Shown here in pieces: positions 1-13,669 of a stretch of DNA of 64,000 nucleotides. Numbering within the stretch: position 1 is the first letter of the stretch; every line of letters begins with the position of its first letter. Below the pieces are notes generated by a model. It did no database searches. It was not told the DNA's origin and saw only the letters and a list, made by a program, of their open reading frames with translations. The DNA lies in assembly GCF_009914755.1 (NCBI RefSeq), contig NC_060942.1, one strand, 5' to 3'. This stretch comes from the human T2T-CHM13v2.0 reference genome, Homo sapiens. The position numbers and the translations under genes are program-made.

Positions 1-333
1 TATCCAGGCATATTGATATGTTCACCAAGCAGAAAGCTCTGGGCTTTGGTGTCCAGAGTTTTTATTGGAGTTTCATTACATAGACATGATTGATTAAATA
101 ATTTCCAACTCCCCTCTCTTCCCCAGACGTCAGATTGGCTCAAAGTCCCTCTTTAATCACTTGGTTGATCTTTCTGGTGATGAGCCCCACCTGAGTCATC
201 TCATTAGCCTAAGCTCAGGTGTGATCCAAGGGGTCATGAATAAAACGGCACTCTTATTACTCAAGAAATTCCAAGTATTTAGAGTACCCCTCCTAAGAAT
301 TAGGGATAAAGGCCAGTCAAATTATTTATTATA
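1..333 (+). mobile_element. MER21B/C-like LTR, 3' part
   Basis: Matches recalled MER21 motifs: ttcattacatagacatgattgattaaa, taatcacttggttg, caagaaattccaag, ending ttattata. Confidence 0.75.
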
Positions 334-1034
334 AAAACCCTCCTTCCTCCCCATAGACTACTTCATTATATTGGCAGACTCAGCAAACTACATTTCTCAT
401 TTGATGCTGGCTTCTTGTTAGGCTTAACCAAAGGGGTGTGAGAAGAAGACTGGAAGGAGGAAGAAGAGATTTACTGCTTTGTGTTTGCCTCCTGTTTTCT
501 TCCCGTTCCTGTGGGCATCACCCTAGCCACACTTTCCACCCTGTAGTGGCAGTTCATTTCAATACCTACTATCCATTACAATTTGTGGTTTTCCTAACAC
601 TCCCAGAACCAGATTCATTATGCTCCCTCAAAAACATGAGAACAAGCCAGCAATCAACAGTTACCACTCCCACTTAGACATCTGGGTCTCAGTCCATGAA
701 GCCCCTTCTCCCAGCTCAGAGACACCAGCACCAGTCGAGCAGAATCTCTTCCTCAAAAGTCTGTTTCCCAGCCCCACAGGGTCCCCCAAAGACACTAGAA
801 CCAGCCAGCTAGTAGCCTCTCCTCAAAAGTCTTAATTTCAGCTCTACACATCCCATCTCCAAGTTTCTAAATTTTAATAATTCTAACCACTGCACTTTGT
901 TTCCTAGACTCTGGGGATGATACTTTAGTTCATTTTTCCTTTTCTCCAATATCTAGTTATAAATTTTTTACATTTAATTCCTTCTGTTAAAAAATACTGG
1001 TGTCATTTTAATCTATTGACTGATACACAGACTG
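334..1034 (+). mobile_element. LTR41-like ERVL LTR
   Basis: Three degenerate internal units like gagacaccagcaccag...cctcaaaagtct, and the 3' end ctgttaaaaaatactggtgt...gactgataca. Confidence 0.65.
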
Positions 1035-1136
1035 TCAAAGATGACTCCTCTCCAGAATTGGTAATAGTTCCATCATCACAAGAGTTCACCCTTGGCTTCC
1101 TTGGACTTGCCACATCATCATAACAGGAGCTTTAGA

Positions 1137-1358
1137 CCTGCACTATACAGTAGAACCTACTATGATAATGAAAATGTTGCCATTGGCACTGCCCAACATG
1201 ATGACCTATAGCCTCCTGTGGCTGTTAAGAACAAAAGTGTGACTGGTGTAAGTGAGAAACTAAATTTCCAGTTTTATTTATTAATTTTAATTTTATATAA
1301 TTAATCTTACTTTAAATAACTACATTTCACTAGTGGCTATGGTATTGAACAGTACAGC
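1137..1358. mobile_element. MER3 (hAT-Charlie MITE)
   Basis: Collinear with recalled MER3: tagaac...gataatgaaaatgtt...gagaaactaaattt...ctagtggctatggtattgaacagtacag. Confidence 0.75.
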
Positions 1359-1944
1359 TATATAAGCCTATTCTTATCTCTCTCATTTACTAGAATTTGT
1401 TCTATTTTTCTATTAATTATGTTGTGGTCTGTCTTACCAACTGTGAACTCTTTGAGGCATCACTGATTGTCTTGGTACCTGGATACATGGCATAAGGAGA
1501 CATTCAAAAATGATTAACAAATTGAGTATAGTGTGTAACCAGGGTAGTGCAGTGGGCAAAGACTGAGGCCCTGTGTCAATGAAGAAAGTGATAGCCTTGG
1601 ATTGTAGAATACAACTACTAGGATAGGGCACCTAACCTGTTTGTGCCTCACTTTCCTCATCTATAAGACCATTTATATCCCACAAGATGCACTTATTAGG
1701 AATCATGGTACTACTTACAAAATTGGTCTAGAAGCTAAAGTTTCACCTTGGTATTAATTTTGACATTCTATCTTTCAAAACTAAGTTTAATGCCTTATCT
1801 TCCTACCCATGTCCCATATCAACTAGATCTTTAAGAAACAGAAATATACGTCTTTTAAGCAGAAAATACACAGAAAAAGTTCTAGAAAGTTTGTCTCTGC
1901 TCCTTGGCATGAAGGAAAGAAGGAAGAACTCCACTTCCTTCTAT

Positions 1945-2290
1945 TATTCATTCATTCAGTTGGTCATTCAATAAATAATTATTGCACAAATTCCAAGTAT
2001 CAGGCATTGTAATGCCTAAACTACTTTTTTTTAAGATTATGTGAATTAAATCTTTCTACCATTCTCTCTCATGGCAACTTGTACTTCCATTAGTAGTGTA
2101 TAATATAGTTAAATATTCTACAAATTATATAATTGTATCTGTTGTACATTCTCTCAATTAAATGGTAAGCTAAATGAGGGTGGAAACCATGCCTGTCTTT
2201 TCAACTTGTATCTCCAACAAAACTGTAACATCTATGGTAGCATCAATGTAGTATGTGATCACTAAATTGTTTTTTAATAAATGAATAAAC
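1945..2290. mobile_element. L2 3' end fragments in both orientations
   Basis: ttcattcattca tail on minus; taagctaaatgagggtggaaaccatgcctgtct...aataaatgaataaa on plus. Confidence 0.6.
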
Positions 2291-2329
2291 AGTAAAAGAA
2301 TGCCATAGATACCATTTTGAAAATTAGTC

Positions 2330-2600
2330 ACTAATGCCATACCTCACAAGAATTTAATAATCCCATATGACAAGTTTTCTCAAGAAAATTGTCAACCAAG
2401 AACTGGAATTCCAAAGCCCGAAAGGGAATGTGGCTAGATAAAACATAAAGACCATAACTGCGTCCACAGTCCTCCACTCATTAAATCAATGGTATTCAAT
2501 GAATTAGCCCAAAACAAAGAACTTGATAGGGGACATAAACAGATATTTTAAATTTGCAAAAGATACAAAGTTCTTGAAAATTGAATCTTTCCATTGCAAG
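2330..2600 (+). mobile_element. CR1/L3 reverse-transcriptase relic
   Basis: tttaaatttgcaaaagatacaaag reads FKFAKDTK, resembling the CR1 SKFADDTKL motif; upstream residues are LDEG-like. Confidence 0.5.
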
Positions 2601-3091
2601 AGCAGAGCTTTTTGAAGAAGAAAAAGAGTTCTGACCTTCAAAAAGCTAATAGTCTGAAATGTTAAGCCAGAAAGGAAGAGAGAATGCCTGATGATGTGAC
2701 TATAGTTTTCTGGCCCAAAAAGACACTCATGTTGAACAGCATGTGGAAGGAAGAAGGGAGGAAGAAGAAAAGGGGAGTCAGAGAATAGTTTAGATGTTGG
2801 TGGATTTAAATGGTTTGCCCCTTCCCTCCAAGCCAAGCCCTAAACTAGGGAAGAAATTCTAGAAACTCTAAATTCAAGAATCTCAAAAAAGGTTTATAGG
2901 TCCTCAAAGTAGAGGTTGAAGCCTAGGTAATCAGCAGTCTCATGGAGAAGTCCCTTGTTCCAACACAGTTTTGCAACAGTCAAGTGAAAATGGTAGTAGG
3001 ACACGTCTTCAGAGAGGATTTATAATGATACCCTGAGCCTTCCACAATACTGGTGAGGTAGAGAGAGCATCTGAAGTCCTCCATGCACAAA

Positions 3092-3790
3092 AAGAAGGGT
3101 TTATCATGAAGCTAAGGAAATTGAAGCTTCAGAGCCCTCATTTGCATACCCCCTTTACAAAGCCCCAGAAGAAGTCCTGGCAATGTGTTCACATGGTCTG
3201 AGGTTTTTATGAAATTCACAACAGTAAAATATTTTAACGCAATTGGTTAAGACCACTGTTTCTTTTCATTGCAACTTCCTCTCTGTCACACTTCCCTCTA
3301 TGTCAGATGGTGTTGGAGTAGCCATCAGCATATTTTGGATACAGCTAAGAGGAAGTTGAATTGAGGATACATTTATATTTGAGTTTAGTCAGATATATTT
3401 ACATGGTTCCCAGCCACTTCTGTGTATAATTGTTTATGTTAGCTATCCAAGTATACAAATGGGTGCCAAAACTCTTCCTAGCATCCACTGTGCCAACCCA
3501 GCCAGAGTCATGGCACAAAGTTACTGAGCCCAAAGTTACAATATGATGTAAACATATCCTACAGCACCAAGAACCAGAACAAGATGGGTAGTAGAGGAGA
3601 ACGGTTTAAAATGTATGAGCCAAGTGCTGGCCTATGGAAAGTTCTTCCAGTCAAAAGAGCTATGAAATTATAAAGTAAATCATTCAGCTTTCATTGATGC
3701 CTACTCAAAATGAAAGTGCTTCCAAGCCAGGAAATATACCAATTAATATATTCAACTTCCAGAAAATCATTATTTTTTATCCTGTTTCTT
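3092..3790 (+). mobile_element. Zaphod/MER115 (hAT-Tip100) fragment
   Basis: 5' end gggtttatcatgaagctaaggaaattgaagcttcagagccctcatttgca matches the recalled MER115/Zaphod terminus; right boundary approximate. Confidence 0.7.
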
Positions 3791-4354
3791 AAAGGTAGCT
3801 CTCAAAATTAAATTAGGCCTCTCACCACAAGCCTTGTGTTCTTCCCTGCTGTACCCAACAGGGGCACGGATGTGCTGAAAGAATGGTGCTAGACCTGTGG
3901 GGACCTAACATGCAGGAGAACAAGGACACAGAGGGAAACACGTGGACAGAGACAAGGGCCCTTAGGACCCTCCTGCTATTAATACAGAGAGAAGAGATGC
4001 TGATTATCTGAGACCAGAGGAATGCCTCCCCCAAATACCAGAATGGAACTTAACTGGTACTTTGATCAACACCCAGGGAGAAGGAGAAAGGAGAGATTTG
4101 GCTCTGAATGAAAGACTAAATACTCAGGTGACCAAAATCCTATGGTGATTAAGTTGACATGAAAGTAACTGATATTTAATTCCCCAACATCAGCGAGAAA
4201 AAAGAATTGAGATCTTATTTCAGTTCAGTTACAGAAAAAGAAGTTTAATCTTTGGACACCTGAGTTTTGTGACACTAAACTTAACACTCAGCAAATGGAT
4301 CACAGAGAAATTCTGCCAGAGTGGCTGAGTCAAGTCAATATACAATGTTTCTGG

Positions 4355-4687
4355 TGACAAGGTTGAACTTTACTTGAGTCCTGTGCTTCTAGAAAACAAT
4401 GCTGAGTAAGATATCCCCCGCCCTCCTCTGCACCCATTGGTATTTTTGGAAAGGGTTAAATGCAATGAACCACGCTGCTCTTTTATATTCTAAACAAAAT
4501 GCATCACTCTCCTTCCTCATGCCTACCGTATGACTTATAGATGACTCTTTCATTCACCTGCTTCTACAAAACCCTACAGTCCCTTCCTTCTTTCCCCTGA
4601 GATATTCCTCATCAATGAGCATTCTCCCTATCGCAGTGGTCCTTATAAAACCATCTCCTTAATTGCCCAGAGTATTACATCTTGACA
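4355..4687 (+). mobile_element. MER110/MER90-like ERV1 solo LTR
   Basis: TG...CA termini, start tgacaaggttgaactttacttgagtcctgtgctt, near-TSD ctgg/ctgt; a paralogous start lies at 46705 on minus. Confidence 0.65.
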
Positions 4688-5387
4688 CTGTCATGTTCTC
4701 ATTAAGCAGTAACCCAAAGGCTAGTTGGGTTTGCAGTTATAATCATAAAACTAGGATTTTATAAGCAGAGTGCAGTTGGGCATATGAAGGATCTGAACAA
4801 TCCATTCCATGAAGAAGACTCTTCTGAAGTTAAAAAAATAAAATTGCAGACTTCCAAATGATTATAGCTGTGATTTACACAGATTTGAAAAAAAGAGATG
4901 ACCAAAAAATTTCCCTGAATTTAGCAACGATTTACAATAAATTTTATTTTTTTAATCCCAAGGGAGCTCTGCATACATTCGATGAATTCAAACTTATGTT
5001 CAGGTAAAAATAATTATTTCTGTTGAAGAGCCATGCTTAGTGACTTCACACCTTCATAGCCTTTTTCAAGTATCTCTATGACACTCCAAGATATTTGGGC
5101 CACATGTTAGAAACAATGAACTTTGTTTCAGATAAAAAATAAAACGTGAAGAAAGAGGGGTTGACTCGGCTGGGGTAGGCAGAGTGTCATAGTATCTGAA
5201 GCTGTTCTTTCAGAGGGCTGGTGGCCAGGCAGGACTCATGAAACAGACATTTCTTACCCCTAACCTAATTCACCCCCAAGCTGGGAGCTGGGAATACTCA
5301 GAAGCAAATGTCTCTTCCAGGATCTCCTTATGTGACCCCACAGACAGGAATCACCCTGAAACCTCCCATTCCTCCAATCTTGTCCTC

Positions 5388-5753
5388 TACTCTCTTTCTC
5401 TGACACACACACACACACTCTTTTCTCTCTCTCACACACACACACTTTTCTCTCTCACACACACACTCACACACACTCACATATACTCTCACACACACTC
5501 TCTCACACACTCTCACACTCACACTCTCTCAAACACACACACTTTCACCCTCACACACACTCTCTCAAACACACACACACACTGGCTCACTCTCACACAC
5601 ACACACACACCCTCTCACACTCTCATACACTCACACTCTCACACACACAATTTCTCACACACACTCACACTCTCACACACTTTCTCTCACACACACTCCC
5701 ACACACATACTTTCTCTCACATACACTCTTTCTCACACACACACACACACACA
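5388..5753. repeat. Compound (CA)n/(CT)n low-complexity tract
   Basis: About 365 bp of interleaved CA and CT runs, almost G-free on plus. Confidence 0.95.
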
Positions 5754-6362
5754 AACTTCATTTCTGGCTCTATACTCAGGCCTCTACTTCCCGATGACCT
5801 TGATCCCTTGAGAAGAAGGAAAAAGAAAAGTCTGTTCTTCCAGATGTTCAGAGTTCCCTCTTCCCGGGACCCACTCCAGGGAAAGGAAAGAGACCAGAGG
5901 CGGAGAGCAGCCAGGCCAGGGGTGAATCCCAGCTGCACCCTGCTCCCTGGCCCCATCCTTCCTAAGCTTACCACCTGCTATCCAGCCCAAGCTTGAAATT
6001 GCCAACAGGAAAGAAAAATCTACATTTGTGAAAACACAGACAACAGGTTTGTGGATATTTCCAAATTGATTTGAAGGCAAGATATTTTGTAAATATTATG
6101 AAAGGAATAATGTATTGGTCATAATTTGTATATCATAGCAAATGCACATACTATCCTTCCTTAAAACCATACAGACAAACCCACACATATTTTGCAGGCT
6201 TCTTTAGAAATGTAATGAACATTAATTTAATATCTAGCCAAAATATTCAAAACCAGCTTTTGTGCCACGTGAAACATAGGATCACCCTGCCCATACTGTG
6301 GGTGGCACAAGCATTCCAAAGTGGAATCGTTCGCTGTCTTTTCATACGGCAGCATTCCATTT

Positions 6363-6642
6363 GTTTGTTTTGAGATGGATTCTCACTCTGTCACCCAGGC
6401 GAGAGTGCAGTGGCATGATCTCGGCTCACTGCAACCTCTGCCTCCTGGGTTCAAGCGATTCTCCTGCCTCAGCCTCCTGAGTAGCTGGGACTATAGACAC
6501 ACACCACCACATCCAGCTAATTTTAGTAGAGACAAGGTTTCCACGTTAGCCAGGCCGGTCTCAAACTCCTGACTTCAGGTAATCTGCCTGCCTTGGCCTC
6601 CCAGAGCACTGAGATTACAGGCATAAGCCACCACACCCAGCC
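6363..6642 (-). mobile_element. AluS
   Basis: Full Alu dimer with short linker deletion; TSD agcattccattt at 6351-6362 and 6643-6654. Confidence 0.95.
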
Positions 6643-7361
6643 AGCATTCCATTTTTATGCAGGATTTTATTTTAGATCCGAATTTGCAAAAGGGAGTTAA
6701 CATATTGCCTAGTTGTGAAAACTAGACAAATACATCCGCATTATTCTTGACCCTCAACATTCTAATGAGGGTGAGGGGGCATTTTTAGAGTTTGCATTTT
6801 GAAGCAATCCTGACAATTTTACATCTCAATATCTAAGTTTCATTTCCTTCCCTAAGATCAAAGTGTACATTATTGTGATGGGTGTGAAAAGACCCGAGTG
6901 TAGTTAGATGAAAATGGCCTATGTGTGTACTAGTGATTTACGTTCAGTACAGAAATGAGTGTGATTTTATAGACAAGAATGATTTTTCCTTCTGTTTAAT
7001 ATTTAGGCCGTGTCTCCTCTGGCATCAGAGTCCCTTATCTTTCTCCTCCTACTTCACACTTTCCATAAGCCTTCTGGTTTCACAGCAGACACACTATAAA
7101 TCTTCTCCTTCTAAGTGTCCCACATATGTTTCATTAAAAGTGTTTGTTTCTTTGATCAGCTCGACGTTTTTTAATGTGAAAAAAAATAATAACTCTGTCA
7201 CCTGGCACTTGGAACTGTAAAGGCCCTGTTTGCAGGGCCGCACATCTGAGTGGGCCCGAGCCAGTGGTCTGTGTTTGCCATTCAGACCCCACCAGGCATG
7301 GGCCCCCTCCTCCAGAACCCCAGTGAGCATCAACGGCATGAGCCAGAACACAGTCCTGGGG

Positions 7362-8014
7362 TGGCAGCTTTCCAGGGCTGCTGTAACAAAGTACCATAGA
7401 CTCAGTGGCTTCAATAGCAAAAATTTCCTGTCTCACAGTGCAGAAAGCTGGAAGATCACAAGATCAAGGTGTTGGCAAGGTGGTGTCTTCTGAGACTCCT
7501 CTCCTTGACTTGGACTTATCTCTGTACCTGTCAGTGTCCAAATCTCCTTTTTTTTGAGATGGAGTCTTGCTCTGTAGCCCACGCTAGAGTGCAGTGGTGC
7601 AATCCCAGCTCACCGCAAACTCTGCCTCCCGGGTTCAAGCGATTCTCCTGCCTCAGCCTCCTGAGTAGCTGGGATTACAGGCGCTTGCGACCACGCCAGG
7701 CTGATTTTTGTATTTTTAGTAGAGACGAGGTTTCACCATGTTAGTCAGACTGGTCTCGAACTCCTGACCTCAGGTGATCCACCCGCTTCGGCCTCCCGAA
7801 GTCCTGGGATTACAGGCGTGAAGCACCACCCCGGCCCCTAATCTCCTTTTTGTATCAGGGCAGAGTCCTACCTACTGAATTACAACCCACCCTACTGGCC
7901 TCATTGTAACTTAATTACCTCTTTAAAGATCCTATCTCCAAACAGTCACATTCCGATGTACTGGAGGTTGGGACTTCAACATATGAATTTTGGGAAACAA
8001 AATTTAGCCTAACA
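7362..8014 (-). mobile_element. MLT1A/B MaLR LTR interrupted by Alu
   Basis: agggctgctgtaacaaagtacca...acttcaacatatgaattttggg is the reverse complement of MLT1B-type ends. Confidence 0.85.
7553..7836 (-). mobile_element. AluS nested in MLT1
   Basis: Alu dimer; TSD cc(a/t)aatctccttttt at 7538-7552 and 7837-7851. Confidence 0.95.
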
Positions 8015-9936
8015 TATCTGATACTTTTTACACATTGGCAAAATACGTGAGGAGGAAGAAGGAAAAAGAACAGCCAAGGAGAGGCAGTCACTGCTGATTC
8101 CTTGGCAAAGTGGAGTGGATTTCTCGGGGGCTTTGGATGTCGTCTATTAAGGGGCTTGACTCACTCACAGAGGGTACGGCACCAACACTTCAGCAGGCAA
8201 ATTAAGCCATCACAGCAAGGCCAAGGCAAGCTCTGAGTCACAGATGTAGGTCTATTTGGGTCTTCTGGGCCTCTGCGACAGCCCATTTCCCAGCAGGGAG
8301 GACATGGTGCAGAGTATGATAAGGCCCCTAATTTTCCCTCCTTCTTCTCCAGGCCATCATTGGTAGTGGTGATCTCAGAATAATTTCACAGAATCCACTG
8401 AGTACTTGTAGCCTTCACCCCCAGGAGTCCAAATGACTCAACTTACGTTACAACTCCAGAAGCATAATTTTTGCCGCATAAAAGGGCACACCATGGAAAG
8501 CACTCTGTCCCGGGTAACTGATTCATGTGCCACCCATTCCTCCTCCAATAGGACTTTCTCCAGAGGGTGAGGAGATTGCACCACACATCAGGACTCCTGG
8601 GTTCCTGTCTGCGGCTTGTGATGTTCTCATCAGTTAGCACACACAGACATCACTGTCAGTAATCATTTTTAAATTGCTTCCCACACCACTCTGGCTGTTC
8701 AAAAGTTAGCTTGAGTTTCAGAGGCTATTTCACACATCAGGTTGGACTTTGGGTTAAACCATTAGGTTTTTCAACTCTGTGTGGAGTATTATTTCTGTAT
8801 CTCATTTGCACTTTCTTCTTCTTAAAAGTGTACTCTCATTTGGTTTTGTAGCTTGCAAGTGTACTCTATGACTCAGGAAAACAAATGGCATCAATATTAC
8901 CACCATCCCCAGAACATGTGGGTGTGTATATTAACATAAGTAAGGTAAGGAAGAAGGTAAAAGAGGAAAGGGGTCTTTTTATTAGAACCCACAAAATTCC
9001 CAGCCACAATCTTATCACCTTATACTCCAAAGATACACACTGCTGTCCTCAGCTTTTCTGATGTGAGTGTCAACAGTTTAGGGAATTGGGAATGGCAGAT
9101 AAAGCGCAACAGACGCCCTTCGTGCTATTTCACATTTCACAGTACTGTTCATCCAATACTGTATAATAAAGACACACTTAACTTCTTTACTCTATAAACA
9201 CAAATATCATCATTAATAATAGTATTATTTCAGTCTTTTCCCCCACTTACTTACATTATTGCACACAAAGGGAAAACGTTGTCTTTATTATAAGATACAT
9301 TATATGTGCTGTACATGCAGACAGGCGGGCAGGTGCTATGACTGACCATCTCACCAGAACGACGGAGAACAGGAGAGAAATGGTTCCCCCAAAGAAAGGG
9401 AAGCTGTGCAGAAAAAAACAACAGCCCAGCATGACAGGGGGTGAATTCTGCAGAAGGAAGGATAAAGCCAAATTGTATGTGATTATTTTCTGTACAATTT
9501 CAATAAATAGGAAAGGAAAATTTAGTTATGGGCAGTGTGTTCCAGTCCAGACACAACCACTAATTAGTTACAAAACCTTAAAAAGTCTCCTCTTCTGCAA
9601 GCTTCTTTCTTCATGTGGAACCTGACAATGTTACAGTACATTGTCTCCAGATGACCTCTGGGTCTCAGGGGATCTCCTTACATGACTGAAATGTGGGAGA
9701 TTTAAGTCTGGCATCAAATAGCAGCGTGAACATGAGAAAATCATTTAATCTCCCTAAACCTCATTTGTAAATCAGGAGTTATAATGTTTTAAGTCATTCA
9801 TGAAATTTCATGTGCAAAATCACATGGAAAATAAATATCAAGAGCTGCCACGTAGTGAACATCTTCTATGTATTTAGTGCTATACTAAATACCTTCTTAT
9901 GGCTGTATCATATTTCTCTATTCTGTTTATCCAATA

Positions 9937-10608
9937 CAGTTGTCTCCCCTTATTTGAAGTTTCACTTTCTGCAGTCAACATTATGTTATTGCAGTCTGAA
10001 AATATTAAATGGAAAATTCCAGAAATAAACAATTCATAAGTTTTAAATTATATGCCATTCTGAGTAGCATGGTGAAATCTTGCACCATCCCACTCTGTCC
10101 TGCATGGGACACAAATTTTCCCTTTGTCTAATATGTCCACACTGTCTACGTTATTCACCTATTAGTCATCAACACCATCGTCTGCTCCTGATGGATGTCA
10201 GGATTGTCCTTCTTCTGACAGATCCTCAGAAGGCCAACAGTAGCCTAATACTATATCACAATTCCTACATCATTCACCTCACCTTATCTCATCAGGCAGG
10301 CATTTTATCATGTCATATCATCACAAGAAGAAAGGAAAGTACAATACAGTAAGATAATGTGAGAGAGAGAGACCACATTCACATAAATTTTATTATGATA
10401 TATTACTATATTTGTTCTATTTTATTATTAGTTATTGTTGTTAGTATTTTCCTGTGCCTAATTTATAAGTTAAACTTCACCATAGGTATGTATGTATAGT
10501 ATATTATATATCCTATATAATATATATAGGATTTGGTATTACCCATGGTTTCAGGCATCCACTGGGATTCTTGGAACATAACTCCTATGAAAGAGAGAGG
10601 AACTACTA
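9937..10608 (+). mobile_element. MER44 (Tigger7 derivative, TcMar)
   Basis: TA-flanked; cagttgtctcccctt...aggaactacta termini; diagnostic gaaaatattaaatggaaaattccagaaataaacaattcataag. Confidence 0.88.
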
Positions 10609-10611
10609 TAA

Positions 10612-10960
<349 letters not shown>

Positions 10961-11049
10961 CTCTTTATTTCTTTCACTCAACTCACTCCACAGTTTGCAC
11001 TGATGTCTGAATAGACAATGATAATGGAATATTTACACATGAGTGGTCA

Positions 11050-12315
11050 GAGAAACTTAATGGATTTTCACTCTTAAGAAAATAAGGGTGAAAAGACAGG
11101 GACATGTAACAGGAACAAAAAAATCATTAAAAAAAATAAAAAGAAGAAAAAGAAAAGAGGAGAGTGAGATGACAAGAAATTAGAATAAGATAAAAATGAA
11201 CACAGGTAAGGCAAGGAGGGTTGCAAGAAAAATTTAAAATGCAATAGAAAAATTAAAATAATTCCTGGGACCTATAAAGAGCCAAGTTTAAAACTTCAGA
11301 AAAGTGGATGAATAATATGGAGAACTTACTTGAGACACTTTCCTGGAATTTGGAAAAAAATTACATAGAGATAAAAATATGAGAAAAAATGATAGATTTA
11401 AGCTTTGTTCATAGTCTTTCATACCTAAAAACCCATGCAGAAAAAGCTATAGCTCTTGAAACTGAAGAAATAAATGAAGACAGAGTTATAGAAAATTTTT
11501 GACCCTGAGAAACAACTTGAATATTGAAATGAGTGACCATATTACAAGTAGAATCTTAAATAGATAACCTCATTTAGACTTCTGGTTGTATTTTTTATTA
11601 CAAGGATAACAAAAAAACATTTTGTCAAAATCTAGGCTGAAAGAAATTAACTTGAAAGATGTAAATATTATAGTATGCGAGTTAACATGTTTGCAACACT
11701 AAATACAAGAAGACAATGGAGCAACATCTAGAGAGTTTGGGGGTTGAATGTTCGTGAATATGAATTTTCATTGCAGGCTGAGTTATTATTTTTGTAGAAT
11801 AGGAAACTAAGGCAGTATCAGATATGTACAAGCTCAAGAAAATATAACCCTTGTTGTTTCTTGAGGAAATACACACTGCAACTGACCAATGAACCAAGAG
11901 ATAAACTAAAATTAAAACCTCAAAAACTGAAAACTAATGTTGGTCTATGTCTGAATGTTAGTGTTCCCCCAACCAAAAATTCATATGTTGAAACTTAACC
12001 CTCAGGTGATGGAGTTAAGAGGTGCAGCCTTTGGGAAGTAATTATATCATGAGGGTAGAGACCTCATGAATAGGATTAGTGTCCTTATGAAAAAGGAGCT
12101 TGTTCATCTCTTCTGCCACATGAGGACGCAGTTAGAAGGTGCCATTTATGAGGAACAGGCCCTTACCAGACATCAAATCTGCTGGTGCCTTAACCTTGGA
12201 CTTCTCAGCCTCCAGAACTGTAAGTAATAAATTTCTGTTATTTATAAATTACCCAGTCTAAGGTATTTTGTGATAGCAGCCAAACTGACTAGTGCATAGT
12301 ATAAAAGGACTGGGT
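11050..12315 (+). mobile_element. HAL1/old L1 ORF1-like relic interrupted by MLT1A
   Basis: A-rich ORF1-like decay, aagaagacaatggagcaacatct, tcagatatgtacaagctcaagaaaat; resumes with tataaaaggactgg after the LTR. Confidence 0.55.
11945..12292 (+). mobile_element. MLT1A/A0 MaLR solo LTR
   Basis: aaattcatatgttgaaac...ttggacttctcagcctccagaactgtaag...aataaatttctg...gatagcagcc. Confidence 0.88.
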
Positions 12316-12449
12316 TTTTGCTTTCAATGGTCAAGGACTGCCAAGACTAATCCTGATGGAGTGATAAGAAAGAAGGCAGCATCTTCAAATTGGGTCCCTT
12401 GAGGTCTAGGTCCCACAGAGGTGACTCAGGTGCCAAGGAAGATGAGCAG

Positions 12450-12606
12450 AGGGCTTTGCTGAAGCATGCTAGGTCCCCCACTCCCTTTTCAACCACAGCA
12501 GCTCTGTGTTTAGCCCTTTCTATTTATTATGATTCTGCCAAATATTTGGTTTGGGGGGGGAAAAAGTTTCAGCAGTTTAAAAGAAACGGAGAATTAAAAA
12601 CCATCT
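12450..12606. mobile_element. MER103C-like hAT fragment
   Basis: ttcaaccacagcagctctg...aaaaagtttcagcag...aaaaaccatct; a similar copy lies at about 42830-42965. Confidence 0.5.
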
Positions 12607-12619
12607 AAACAGTAGAAGG

Positions 12620-12795
12620 ATCAGATAGAAAAATCTAGATTTGAACACCAACATTGCCACCTACTAACTATGTGACCTTGGGAAAATAATCAACCTCCAT
12701 GACCTCTGGACTCTTCAGTTATAAGTTACTACCACATACCTTAAGGGTTCTTGTCTGGACAAATTGAGAAGAGATGTGAAAGCAATTTTCAACGT
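12620..12795 (+). mobile_element. MIR
   Basis: Core gccacctactaactatgtgaccttgggaaa. Confidence 0.75.
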
Positions 12796-13669
12796 GCTAA
12801 CTTCCAGCAGAAACTGCATAATAATTTATGCTGTTTGTTTAGAGTATGGCTCACTCAAAGGTGTATGTTCAATCTCATGCCGCAAACAAGTTTGGAAGGT
12901 GAGACAGTTTTCCACATGGAGCTGGACCTCCCAACCACTTTTACTTTAGGATGTGCTTAGTGAATGTCACTTGAGGTCAACAGAGGCATCAGCTTGTGGC
13001 CCAGGGGTTCCAGCCACTCAAGCCTCATCCAGACACCCAAGGGGAATAGGAAATAAGTATCATGACCCAACTGTAACCCATCCATGGCACACCAGTAAGG
13101 CAGTTCTGAGGTAAATATTCACATTTCCATCTCTTAATGTGACATGTTCTAGATTTAGCTATGTGACGGCATCTCTTAGGAAGCTACACCTCTTTTGATT
13201 TGCTTGCAGGTCACCAGCACCTACACACACCCTATCATTCCAAAATTAATTTCCGTTTGACAAACTGAAGTTGTCAATCACCTCACTGTTCCATAGTTTT
13301 ATGCAAATCTACATGTCTCTCCCACAGAGCACTGAGCCAGGACACACTGAAATTTGAGGTTTAGCACCACATTGCTCAGAGTGTTCCTCTGTCTGTGGGC
13401 ATCCACAATTCAACCCCATTATCTTCAGAGAAACTGACATTTTTCAAGGGTTTATAATTACATGAAAAATGATTCTGTTAAATATGTGGGAGAAATGGAT
13501 ATAAATTGTATATGAACTATAATCTTAATTCATAAAGAGTATACATTAAAAGAAATACTGAAAGTAAATACTTTACCAGGCTAGCGGTAGTTTTACCTGA
13601 GTAATAAATGACTTTTTTTCTTTCTACGTTTCTGTATTTTAAAAATATTTTCTAAGGAATGGCACTGCT

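Noticed and set aside
630-850. CTCF sites in LTR41 tandem units
   Set aside because: The gcgccccct cores expected from the consensus are mutated in all three units.
3820-4290. Possible ancient Gypsy-type LTR
   Set aside because: Only a vague resemblance at the 3' end; cannot be supported without a Dfam search.
5238-5996. 252-aa His/Thr/Ser-rich ORF
   Set aside because: Translation of the CA/CT tract, which lacks stop codons by composition.
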